Shown here: piece by piece, positions 56,208-64,000 of the stretch
Numbering within the stretch: the stretch's first letter is position 1
How the letters are laid out: the number at the start of each line of letters is the position of its first letter
Virus record (IMG/VR): IMGVR_UViG_3300005529_000024
Span: 1 to 64,000 of that record
DNA from: a virus
DNA: 64,000 nt
Strand: one strand, 5' to 3'
Translations under genes and position numbers: made by a program
Notes under the pieces: generated by a model
The model's database searches: none
Told to the model about the DNA's origin: nothing
What the model saw: only the letters and a program-made list of their open reading frames with translations

Positions 56208-56936
56208 ATGGCTTTGACTGATCAAGAGGTACGAAACTTTGTATTCCAGAGTCTTGGTGATGGTCTTATCAACGTAGAGTTAGATGAGCCTAAATTCCAA
56301 GTGTGTCTTCAATTAGCCTTAGACACATGGAATACTTATAAACCTCGTATTCTCTATAAGTCAATCAACGTGAGCGATGGAGCAAGCGGATATGCTTTGG
56401 ATCAGCAAGGAATTCCAAAAGGATCAATTCGTGGAGTTCTATATGCTAATCCTGATTGGACTGCTCCACAATTAAAACAGATTGAATTTAACTACCCCTT
56501 TTATCAGAGACTTATTACTATCACGAACGTATCAGAATGGTCTGTCTTAGAGTCCTGGTTAGAGTCTGCTAATCGTGCATTGAGTTCTACTTTTGACTGG
56601 CGTTATTGGAGAGAGACTAATACTCTTTATGTCGCCAATCTTCCATCGACTATCACGAGAGTTTCGTTGACAATGACACGTGATAACGCATTGACTGATA
56701 TCGAGAGTTTTGATTCTGGGAAATTTAAAAAGCTTGTTCTCGGTGAGATGATGCGAATTCTGTCTAGGGTTCGGCGTAAGTTTCCTATTCCAGGACCAAG
56801 CGGTACGATTACTCTTGATGGCGCTGAGTTGAGAGAAGAAGGTGACGCATACGTTAAGGAAGTAACAGATACCCTCATGAATTCTGGCTATGGTTGGGCC
56901 ATTCCAGCAGAATGGGATGGATCATCTGCTTTCTAA
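56208..56936 (+). CDS. neck protein (T4 gp13-like head-tail adaptor)
   Basis: SLGDGLINVELD; RRKF..PGPSGTITLDGAEL. Confidence 0.75.
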   Translation: MALTDQEVRNFVFQSLGDGLINVELDEPKFQVCLQLALDTWNTYKPRILYKSINVSDGASGYALDQQGIPKGSIRGVLYANPDWTAPQLKQIEFNYPFYQRLITITNVSEWSVLESWLESANRALSSTFDWRYWRETNTLYVANLPSTITRVSLTMTRDNALTDIESFDSGKFKKLVLGEMMRILSRVRRKFPIPGPSGTITLDGAELREEGDAYVKEVTDTLMNSGYGWAIPAEWDGSSAF

Positions 56937-56949
56937 GAAAGGTTTAATC

Positions 56950-57273
56950 GTGAGTAAGGAAATATTAACCGAGATCGAAGCTTTAGCATTAGAGCTTAGA
57001 AAATCGAAACAAAACTTAAACGAACATGCAGATGTTCAGCATGCTTACTTTTGGTTTCAGAGGAATGGTTATTCTCCGTATCCATCTATTCTCGATATCG
57101 TGTCTTTGGATTCAAATAAGTTCGCTATTGATAAAGACCATGATGATATGGCGAAGATCAATGAGAGAATTAAATCTGCTAGCGAATATATCGATAAGAT
57201 TTACAGTTTTGTGACAGCAAAATCTGGTTTAGATCAGGACCTTGATGCTATACGAGACAAAAATAACAAGTAA
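56950..57273 (+). CDS. hypothetical protein
   Basis: GTG start at 56950 after upstream stop. Confidence 0.55.
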   Translation: MSKEILTEIEALALELRKSKQNLNEHADVQHAYFWFQRNGYSPYPSILDIVSLDSNKFAIDKDHDDMAKINERIKSASEYIDKIYSFVTAKSGLDQDLDAIRDKNNK

Positions 57274-57715
57274 TTCTGCTGATAGTGTAAGTGCTGCCTC
57301 TATTGATACTTTATTCCAGAATCTATCTAATGAGCTTGGAAAAAAGATTATCAATATCATAAGAGATGAGGTATTAGATCGATTTGATAAATCTATTTCT
57401 AACATTCCCATTGCGGATACTCAATCTGAATTTTTTCAGAAGCTATTAAGTTCTAGATATAAGTATAGATCCCGTATCTTAGTTGGGGAAGATGATCAGG
57501 GTTATTATGTTGGTGTGGAAGATGGTTTAGATGAAGAAACAGGTATGACGTATTCGAACATTCAACGAGCTTTCGAGTATGGCACTTCACAGTCTCCTCC
57601 TTGCCCACATATGTTGCTTCTCCCACAAGATATAGCAAGAATAACAGAAAAAGTCCAAGAAGATGTCATGGAGGACTTTTCAGAAGAATTAGGAAAACTG
57701 CTTATAAAGAAGTAA
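57242..57715 (+). CDS. tail completion / HK97 gp10-like protein
   Basis: FEYGTSQSPPCPH motif. Confidence 0.55.
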   Translation: MMLYETKITSNSADSVSAASIDTLFQNLSNELGKKIINIIRDEVLDRFDKSISNIPIADTQSEFFQKLLSSRYKYRSRILVGEDDQGYYVGVEDGLDEETGMTYSNIQRAFEYGTSQSPPCPHMLLLPQDIARITEKVQEDVMEDFSEELGKLLIKK

Positions 57716-57724
57716 TGAGGGGTT

Positions 57725-58513
57725 ATGTTACGGGATGCTAATATTGCCATAATGAATTTTCTTAGGGGACTAACCTATGGTGATAAACAGTTACCTCTAA
57801 ACGTTGTATATGCTAGTCCTGAGCGAGCTTTTAGTTCAATGGCTCAAGTGCTCAAGAAGGATGTTAAGCTTGTTCCTCTACCAATTTTATCTTTCTACCG
57901 TGATCGTGATCCGATTATAAATCGTGATATTTTTACTTGGAACCGTGGCGAGAAAGATGAAGTATTAGTGAATGGTGGTAAAGCTGTTAGCATTTTACCC
58001 CGTCCGTTAGCTTACATTCTTAATTATAGAATCGATATTTGGTCTTGGTACACAGATGAGATTGAAGACCTTATCACTTTGATCATAGGTCAGTTTAATC
58101 TAGACTTATACTTGCAGCAGCATTCAGAAGTCGGAACTATCTATTTGCGTTTAGAGTTGGGTGATATCACAGATAACTCTCAGATAGAATCCGGACAAGA
58201 TCCGAGAATGCTTAGAAAAACGATTTCCGTTTCGGCTAATACATTCTTAGTCAGACCTCCATCCACTGTTCCTACTGTTCTCGATTTCAGGATTGAGATT
58301 GATGATCTGCACTCAGGGGATGTGTACGAGACTATCGGTGATTTTCTTGGTGCGGTTAGTATACCCACGTATGAATTTACAACAGTTTTAAAGAATAGCT
58401 CAGTTGCTGATTATGAAAACATATTATTTGTTTCCTCGCTTAAACAAACTGCTAGCGAGTCAACAAGGCATGTACTTCAACAGTCAACGTTTAATAGCGA
58501 GTTTCACCAGTAA
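57725..58513 (+). CDS. tail terminator / sheath stabiliser (T4 gp15-like)
   Basis: VVYASPERAF, LPILSF, YRIDIW; directly upstream of sheath. Confidence 0.65.
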   Translation: MLRDANIAIMNFLRGLTYGDKQLPLNVVYASPERAFSSMAQVLKKDVKLVPLPILSFYRDRDPIINRDIFTWNRGEKDEVLVNGGKAVSILPRPLAYILNYRIDIWSWYTDEIEDLITLIIGQFNLDLYLQQHSEVGTIYLRLELGDITDNSQIESGQDPRMLRKTISVSANTFLVRPPSTVPTVLDFRIEIDDLHSGDVYETIGDFLGAVSIPTYEFTTVLKNSSVADYENILFVSSLKQTASESTRHVLQQSTFNSEFHQ

Positions 58514-58549
58514 TTAATTCAAAGTTAATTTAAAGTAAGGAGAAATTTC

Positions 58550-60100
58550 ATGTCAGTTTTCTTAAGTCCAGGAGTTTATACTCGTGAGGTTGATCTCAGT
58601 CTATTCGCTCCAGCACTGTCAAGTACTATCTTGGGTCTTGTTGGCGTCTTCACAAGTGGACCTATAAATACACCTACATTTATCTCTGATCTTGATGGTT
58701 TTATCAATACCTTCGGAAAGCCAAAAGCCGGTACATTTGGTGCTCTCGCTGCAATCCAATATCTTCGCTATGGTCGTCAGCTTCAGGTTGTTCGTGTTGG
58801 TGCTTCGTCTTCTCTTGCCTTCGCTACAGTAAACATCAATGATGTGAATCCTATCCCTGCTCCTCGTATTACAGTGAATGGATTGTACAAGGGATCATCT
58901 TATAATGGCTGGCAAGCGATTATCTCCAATGCTTCTGGTTCAACATTTACCCTTGCTGTTGTTGATCCCTCTGGCATTCAGAGAGAAATCTATAACGGCC
59001 TAACAATTGTATCATCTGATCCGAATTATTTTGTTACACGGATTAACAACATCAGCAGCTATATCACTGTCGCTGATCTGAACTCATCTGGTACATATTT
59101 GCCTGCCACTGGTACATTTACTCTTATCAATGGTAATGATGGAGTAACTGGACTCGTTGCTTCAGATATAACTGGTACTGCTGGATCTGGTAATGGACTT
59201 GATGCATTCTCAAATCAGGAAACTATCAGCATAAATATGCTAGCTGCTCCTGATTATACTCTTCTTGCTGCTTCTCAATGGCAAGGTGTTATTAACGATA
59301 TGCTCTCACTCTGTAGTGGTAGAGGAGACGCTATCGCTATTATCGATCCTCCTCCTGGAGCAACAGCACAGCAAGTTGTATCTTGGCATAATGGTATCGG
59401 CGTTACAATCGGCACGAATGTTTTCCCATCTGGTGCTTCATTCAATTCCAGTTATGGTGCTTTGTATTGGCCTTGGGTTGAGATCTTCGATCCATTTAAC
59501 AACGTCAACGTATTTGTTCCTCCTTCAGGGTTTGTTGCAGCTACTTATGCAAACAATGACTTTCTTGCTGATCCTTGGTTTGCTCCTGCTGGAACGAATC
59601 GTGGGCATCTTATCGAGGCACTTGCAATTGAGAGATCCCCATCGCAAGGAGATCGTGACTTTATTTACAGTGGTGGCAATGCTGTAAACCCTATTGTGAA
59701 CTTCATTCCTGAAGGTATCACTATCTATGGTCAGCGTACATTGCAGCGTACTCCTACTGCTCTTGATAGGGTGAACGTTCGGCGTATGTTGCTTTACGCA
59801 CGGAAACTTATTGCTATCGTAGCTCGTAGTATCGTATTTGAACCAAATGATCCTAAGATGTGGAGATCGTTCACACGGCTTGCTAACAATATCCTGGATG
59901 GAATTAAAGCAGCACGTGGTATCACAGACTTCAAAGTAATCATGGACGCTACCACGAACACTCCGGACTTAATCTCTCAGAATATTGCTAAGGCTAAGCT
60001 TTTGATTATCCCTACGCAAGCTGCTGAAATTATCGAGGTTGATTTTACGGTCTTGGCTGCTGGTACAAACTTCGAAGAGATCGTTGGATCAAACGGTTAA
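58550..60100 (+). CDS. gp18: tail sheath protein
   Basis: FLSPGVYTREVDLS, PWFAPAG..RG, GQRTL, RVNVRR, FEPND. Confidence 0.95.
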   Translation: MSVFLSPGVYTREVDLSLFAPALSSTILGLVGVFTSGPINTPTFISDLDGFINTFGKPKAGTFGALAAIQYLRYGRQLQVVRVGASSSLAFATVNINDVNPIPAPRITVNGLYKGSSYNGWQAIISNASGSTFTLAVVDPSGIQREIYNGLTIVSSDPNYFVTRINNISSYITVADLNSSGTYLPATGTFTLINGNDGVTGLVASDITGTAGSGNGLDAFSNQETISINMLAAPDYTLLAASQWQGVINDMLSLCSGRGDAIAIIDPPPGATAQQVVSWHNGIGVTIGTNVFPSGASFNSSYGALYWPWVEIFDPFNNVNVFVPPSGFVAATYANNDFLADPWFAPAGTNRGHLIEALAIERSPSQGDRDFIYSGGNAVNPIVNFIPEGITIYGQRTLQRTPTALDRVNVRRMLLYARKLIAIVARSIVFEPNDPKMWRSFTRLANNILDGIKAARGITDFKVIMDATTNTPDLISQNIAKAKLLIIPTQAAEIIEVDFTVLAAGTNFEEIVGSNG

Positions 60101-60133
60101 TAATATTAAATCATAAAAGTAAGGAGATTTACC

Positions 60134-60655
60134 GTGGCTGAAACATCTATGTTCGCGGATCATATTGCTCATTCACCAAACAAGTTTGAGCCTCAGCGTC
60201 AGCATCAGTTCCTTGTTGAAATCGAACTTGATGAGCCGACAAAGAGACTTATCACTTTATCGTTGATGCGAGCATTTGTTCCTACAATGACTAACGATGA
60301 GATCTCAATTCCATATCTGAACGAAATTGTGTATGTTGCTGGTAAGTACACACCTACTGATCAGAACGTGGAAATTGTTGATTATATCGATGAAGACTCT
60401 CAACAGCTTATCTATAACTGGAAAACTCAGGTCTACGATCCCACTACCGGGTTTATCGGTGCAGCAGCTTCCTATAAGAAACGTGCTAACATTCTGCTCC
60501 TATCTCCTGATGGTCAGAAGGTCCGCACTTGGGAACTTCTGGGTGTCTGGCCTAAGAGTGTGAACTTTGGAGCACTCGAAATGGGTAGTACTGATTCGGT
60601 TAAGATCGAAATGACTCTAAGGTACGATAAAGCCAAATATCTTGGAAGAAGCTAA
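60134..60655 (+). CDS. gp19: tail tube protein
   Basis: FEPQRQHQF, YKKRA, WELLGVWP, LRYD; follows sheath. Confidence 0.85.
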   Translation: MAETSMFADHIAHSPNKFEPQRQHQFLVEIELDEPTKRLITLSLMRAFVPTMTNDEISIPYLNEIVYVAGKYTPTDQNVEIVDYIDEDSQQLIYNWKTQVYDPTTGFIGAAASYKKRANILLLSPDGQKVRTWELLGVWPKSVNFGALEMGSTDSVKIEMTLRYDKAKYLGRS

Positions 60656-60658
60656 AAT

Positions 60659-60690
60659 ATTATCCTAACAGGCGAGGAAATGCGTCTTGC
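60659..60690. promoter_or_regulatory. bipartite motif copy 3 (overlaps a 12-bp-stem hairpin)
   Basis: ATTATCCTAAC-N11-TGCGTCTTGC; CAGGCGAGGAAA pairs with TTTCCTCGCCTG. Confidence 0.6.
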
Positions 60691-60693
60691 ATA

Positions 60694-60882
60694 ATGAACG
60701 TGTTTCCTCGCCTGGAAAGGTTTACCATGTCCTGTAGTAACGAATTATTCGATGAATACGGGCTAGGGGATGAGGATCATCATCGTATTAAACGCGATAA
60801 GCGTATAAAAATTAAGCATAGTAGCCAACATGCAGGAAAATTAAAACGTAAGAAGCAGCATAAGCAGAAACACACCAAATAG
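60694..60882 (+). CDS. small basic protein
   Basis: K/H/R-rich; start may be the internal ATG. Confidence 0.4.
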   Translation: MNVFPRLERFTMSCSNELFDEYGLGDEDHHRIKRDKRIKIKHSSQHAGKLKRKKQHKQKHTK

Positions 60883-61016
60883 CTTTATCAATTTAGGCAC
60901 TCAGATTATAGACCTATCGCCTATTATTACTTGTTTTGTTTTTTGTTCCGGTATTATTTATTTTAGTAAGGAGTCTTTATATATCGTCTTATAAGGATTA
61001 AAGTTTTGAGGTATTA

Positions 61017-61682
61017 ATGTCACGACTGACTATGTTCGGTGAGCACATTGCTAATAGTGCTCTAGGCGGCGTTGTAGGTTCTCTGTTGTTTGAGCCTCAG
61101 CGTAATTATAATTTCTCTGTCGAAATTGATCTGGGTACACCACCAACAGTTTTCGGTGTCCCTTTGTCTGTCAACGCAAATCTTGGTGGACAGGATTTTG
61201 GTAAAATTGGTGTTCCTTCTTTAGATCAGGAAGTAGTTGATTTGGCTCTTGATTCTGCTTTTCTGCCAAAAGTTTCTTTCGACGTTAAAGAGGTTCGAGA
61301 TGTAAACCAACCTACGTATATGGCTGGTTTCGCTAACACTGAACCTGGTCGTCTTGTTGTTCGTGACTTTATTCTGTTGCCTGTTATGAACACAGTTCAT
61401 AAGTGGATGAAGTCTGTTTATGATTTTGAAACAGACACTCCTGGATTGCCAGATGAGTATAAGAAGTCTGCACATATTCTTTTATTGGGACCTTTCGGTA
61501 CTCCTGAACGTATCTGGAATCTAACAGGCGTGTGGCCTTCTAAGATTGATTTCGGAAATCTTGATATGGCCGATAACAATATGGTCAAGATATCGCTTGA
61601 ACTTCAGTATGATTCTGCTGTGTATGTAGGCTCAATTGAGCTTGCTGCTATACAGGCTGGATTGTCCAAAGTTTTGGGGTAG
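61017..61682 (+). CDS. second tail tube-like protein (gp19/gp54-type paralog)
   Basis: FEPQRNYNF, YKKSA, WNLTGVWP, LQYD. Confidence 0.8.
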   Translation: MSRLTMFGEHIANSALGGVVGSLLFEPQRNYNFSVEIDLGTPPTVFGVPLSVNANLGGQDFGKIGVPSLDQEVVDLALDSAFLPKVSFDVKEVRDVNQPTYMAGFANTEPGRLVVRDFILLPVMNTVHKWMKSVYDFETDTPGLPDEYKKSAHILLLGPFGTPERIWNLTGVWPSKIDFGNLDMADNNMVKISLELQYDSAVYVGSIELAAIQAGLSKVLG

Positions 61683-61702
61683 ACTAGATAAGGAGAAAGA
61701 AA

Positions 61703-62443
61703 ATGGCAGACCCGTTATATTCAACTGAAACGATTGTACTTCCTTCGAGAGGTGTCCTTTATGGTGACGCTATTCCAGAAGGTAAGGTTACAATTCGTAA
61801 TCTTACAACCCAAGAGGAAAAGCTTTTATCCTCATCAAAAGCATCTGCTGGTAATGCTTTTGATAAGATTATTTCTCTCTGTGTTGTATCGCCTAAAGTT
61901 GATACTGATATTCTTCTAAGCACAGATAAGTTTTTTATCTTCATGGCGCTTCGCTGGATTACTTATGGACCAACGTATAAGTTTGATATCCAGTGTTCAG
62001 ATTGTAGATTCTCGTTTAATCATCAAGTCAATCTTACAGAGTTTACGATTAAGAACCTTGATGATACTGTTAAAGAACCTTTTGCTGTTAAGCTTCCAAA
62101 AGCTAATGTGACCGTGGGATTGCGTTTACTTCGTGGTGGTGATGAGCGAGCGATCAAAGATTATGAGACTCAAAAGCTGAGACATAATCCAGATGGTGGT
62201 GATGGGTATATTTATAGAATCGCTCGTAGTATTGTCTCCGTTGATAACACAGCAATCAGCATTCAGAATGCGCTTGCTTTTGTTGAAAGGCTTCATGGAT
62301 TAGATTCATCGGTTATTCAGAATGAGCTTGAGAAATATGATTCTGGTATCGTTCCAGCAATCGAAGCTGACTGTCCGAGATGTAGTAATCATATGTCTAT
62401 GTTGATGCCACTGACGCCCGAATTTTTTCGCGCAAGAAATTGA
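61703..62443 (+). CDS. baseplate hub / tail assembly chaperone (T4 gp26-like)
   Basis: LPSRG..Y, LTTQEEKLL, TYGPTY, two CxxC, ends EFF. Confidence 0.75.
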   Translation: MADPLYSTETIVLPSRGVLYGDAIPEGKVTIRNLTTQEEKLLSSSKASAGNAFDKIISLCVVSPKVDTDILLSTDKFFIFMALRWITYGPTYKFDIQCSDCRFSFNHQVNLTEFTIKNLDDTVKEPFAVKLPKANVTVGLRLLRGGDERAIKDYETQKLRHNPDGGDGYIYRIARSIVSVDNTAISIQNALAFVERLHGLDSSVIQNELEKYDSGIVPAIEADCPRCSNHMSMLMPLTPEFFRARN

Positions 62444-62474
62444 GAACATAGATGATATCAACTCTGAGATATTC

Positions 62475-62660
62475 ATGCTTGTTTATCATACAAGTATGAC
62501 TTACTCAGATGTACTCTCTATGACAGTAAACGAACGTCATGCGTTCATCAAGCAACTTAGAGAACAAAAAGAAGCAGAATCCAATGCAACAAAACCACAA
62601 AAAGGAGAATCAGGTAATGGAAGAAAAGGTAGAGGCGCTTCAGCAACAAGAACTTTCTAA
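62475..62660 (+). CDS. small tail/baseplate chaperone segment (T4 gp51-like), probably reached by frameshift
   Basis: YSDVLSMTVNER motif; frame open back to 62415. Confidence 0.55.
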   Translation: MLVYHTSMTYSDVLSMTVNERHAFIKQLREQKEAESNATKPQKGESGNGRKGRGASATRTF

Positions 62661-62982
62661 TTCAGATCTTTTTCCTTCGTATTCAGAACCTATACAGGTC
62701 GAAGTTGTCGAGGAGAAAAAAGAGGAACCTGTTAAACTCAAGAAGATTAGGCCAGCAGTTCATATTGTTCATTGTGTTGTATGCAAGAATCTAACAGGTT
62801 GGCCGTTTACAAAAGCGGAATTAGATGATCCTGAGCGGAGAATTAGACGTACTGTTAAGCGTTATAAGGTACGCCAAACTGGACAGAAGGTATATATCTG
62901 TACGCATTGTGAAAAACGACGAAGAGTAGATCCAGGTGTTTACGAACGGTATCCTAGAAAGCGAAAACATTCAGTAGCTTAG
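62617..62982 (+). CDS. zinc-binding hypothetical protein
   Basis: CVVC...CTHC. Confidence 0.5.
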   Translation: MEEKVEALQQQELSNSDLFPSYSEPIQVEVVEEKKEEPVKLKKIRPAVHIVHCVVCKNLTGWPFTKAELDDPERRIRRTVKRYKVRQTGQKVYICTHCEKRRRVDPGVYERYPRKRKHSVA

Positions 62983-62985
62983 CTG

Positions 62986-63014
62986 TTGACAAACAGCTTC
63001 TTTTATGCTATAGT
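62986..63014 (+). promoter_or_regulatory. sigma70-type promoter
   Basis: TTGACA-N17-TATAGT with extended -10. Confidence 0.8.
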
Positions 63015-63022
63015 ATCAGTAG

Positions 63023-63361
63023 GTGGAGAAGGATATGAAAAGCATAAAAGAAAACCTGGTTCTTAAAAATAGCTATCGGAAGGAAACAGTAGAAATATCA
63101 ACTGTTTCGGAAGATACTGCCTATCCTTGGTATAGCATCCGTCCTGGATTTTTTACCACTTTCTTGATTGGCTTTTTAGCTCTGTGCGGTTTCTTCTTTA
63201 CCGTATTGTACATGTATGTCTATTATCCAGTTGCCTTGTTTGTTACCATATTTTTTCTTGTGAACGGGTATCTGTATTATATCGTTAGCGAGGCAACAGG
63301 CATTCCTGTTGTGCCTTTAATTTTTCTGAAAGAGTTTATATCGTCAAGATTCAAGGATTGA
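63023..63361 (+). CDS. membrane protein with its own promoter
   Basis: Two to three TM helices. Confidence 0.6.
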   Translation: MEKDMKSIKENLVLKNSYRKETVEISTVSEDTAYPWYSIRPGFFTTFLIGFLALCGFFFTVLYMYVYYPVALFVTIFFLVNGYLYYIVSEATGIPVVPLIFLKEFISSRFKD

Positions 63362-63429
63362 GATCCACCCTCCTGATCCAAAGATTTTGTCTACGGTAAT
63401 TCCTTTCTACTTGGAATAACTTCACTACA

Positions 63430-64000
63430 ATGGGAAAACAAACGAACATCGCAATAAATTATTTATTGCAGGTGCGCGATTTAGCGTCAAAACATTTTAC
63501 CAATGTCTCTAAATCGCAAGAAAACCTATTAAAGCTAAGTAAGGCTGGTGTCGGCGTTAACTATCAATATAGTCGATCCTTTGCCACTTATGTTGACCCA
63601 CAGCTACAGTTAGCTGCTCATAATGCTGATGAGTTGTCCAATAAATTGAATAATGCTCAGAAGGGCATGGCAGATTTTGAAAGAAGCGGTAAGGGATTTA
63701 ATAGCATTCTAAAATTTGGAAAAGACGCTTTAGCTGCTAGTGCTATTGCTGCTGCACATTTGGGTGATGTTGTTGTACATACTGCTGCACAAACCCAATT
63801 GTCCACAAAAGAGCAATACGCTTTGAATAGATCTATCCTTGAATCGATGGGCAACTTTCATAAGATGCACATCTCAGCTAAGGATCTTGGTGAAGCTGTA
63901 AATTCCGCCCAGGTTACTTTTGGTCTTGGTGCTAAAAAATCTCTAGCTCTTGGTGATGCTGCTGTAATAGCTGGACGTAATCTTGGTGTTGGTGCTGAAT
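63430..64000 (+). CDS. tape measure protein, N-terminal part (runs off window)
   Basis: Open frame MGKQTNIAINYLLQVRDLASKHF..., Ala/Leu-rich helical, downstream of tail chaperones. Confidence 0.7.
   Translation, partial: MGKQTNIAINYLLQVRDLASKHFTNVSKSQENLLKLSKAGVGVNYQYSRSFATYVDPQLQLAAHNADELSNKLNNAQKGMADFERSGKGFNSILKFGKDALAASAIAAAHLGDVVVHTAAQTQLSTKEQYALNRSILESMGNFHKMHISAKDLGEAVNSAQVTFGLGAKKSLALGDAAVIAGRNLGVGAE

Noticed and set aside
1322-63854. Minus-strand ORFs and overlapping alternative-frame ORFs in the track
   Set aside because: All shadow better + strand genes and lack RBSs or recognisable motifs.
1-64000. CRISPR array, integrase or transposase, rRNA, stop-codon recoding
   Set aside because: No regularly spaced repeats or such motifs seen; conserved genes are intact in the standard code and TAG/TGA serve as normal stops.

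Overview
A 64-kb, AT-rich segment of a large T4-like tailed phage (contractile tail; standard genetic code; essentially all real genes on the + strand). The right end is the virion morphogenesis block: prohead protease with fused scaffold, gp23-type major capsid protein, neck/tail-completion proteins, tail sheath, two tail-tube-type genes, a gp26-like chaperone and the start of the tape measure gene. The left and middle are dense arrays of small accessory genes, several headed by consensus sigma70 promoters. Notable features: (1) a phage-encoded prokaryotic ubiquitin-like protein (Pup) ending in GGE; (2) about 16-25 otherwise unrelated proteins sharing a ~12-aa N-terminal leader ending in hydrophobic-x-E, which resembles a capsid-targeting/prohead-protease signal and suggests a large packaged-and-injected cargo (including a T3-type SAM lyase domain and a ferritin-like protein); (3) three tRNA-scaffold RNAs with large insertions or deletions, together with an HNH-RNA ligase fusion, a CysRS C-terminal-like mini-protein and a RelA/SpoT small alarmone synthetase; (4) several repeated non-coding motifs and a probable frameshift before the tape measure gene. 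All family calls come from motif recognition by eye, not from database searches.
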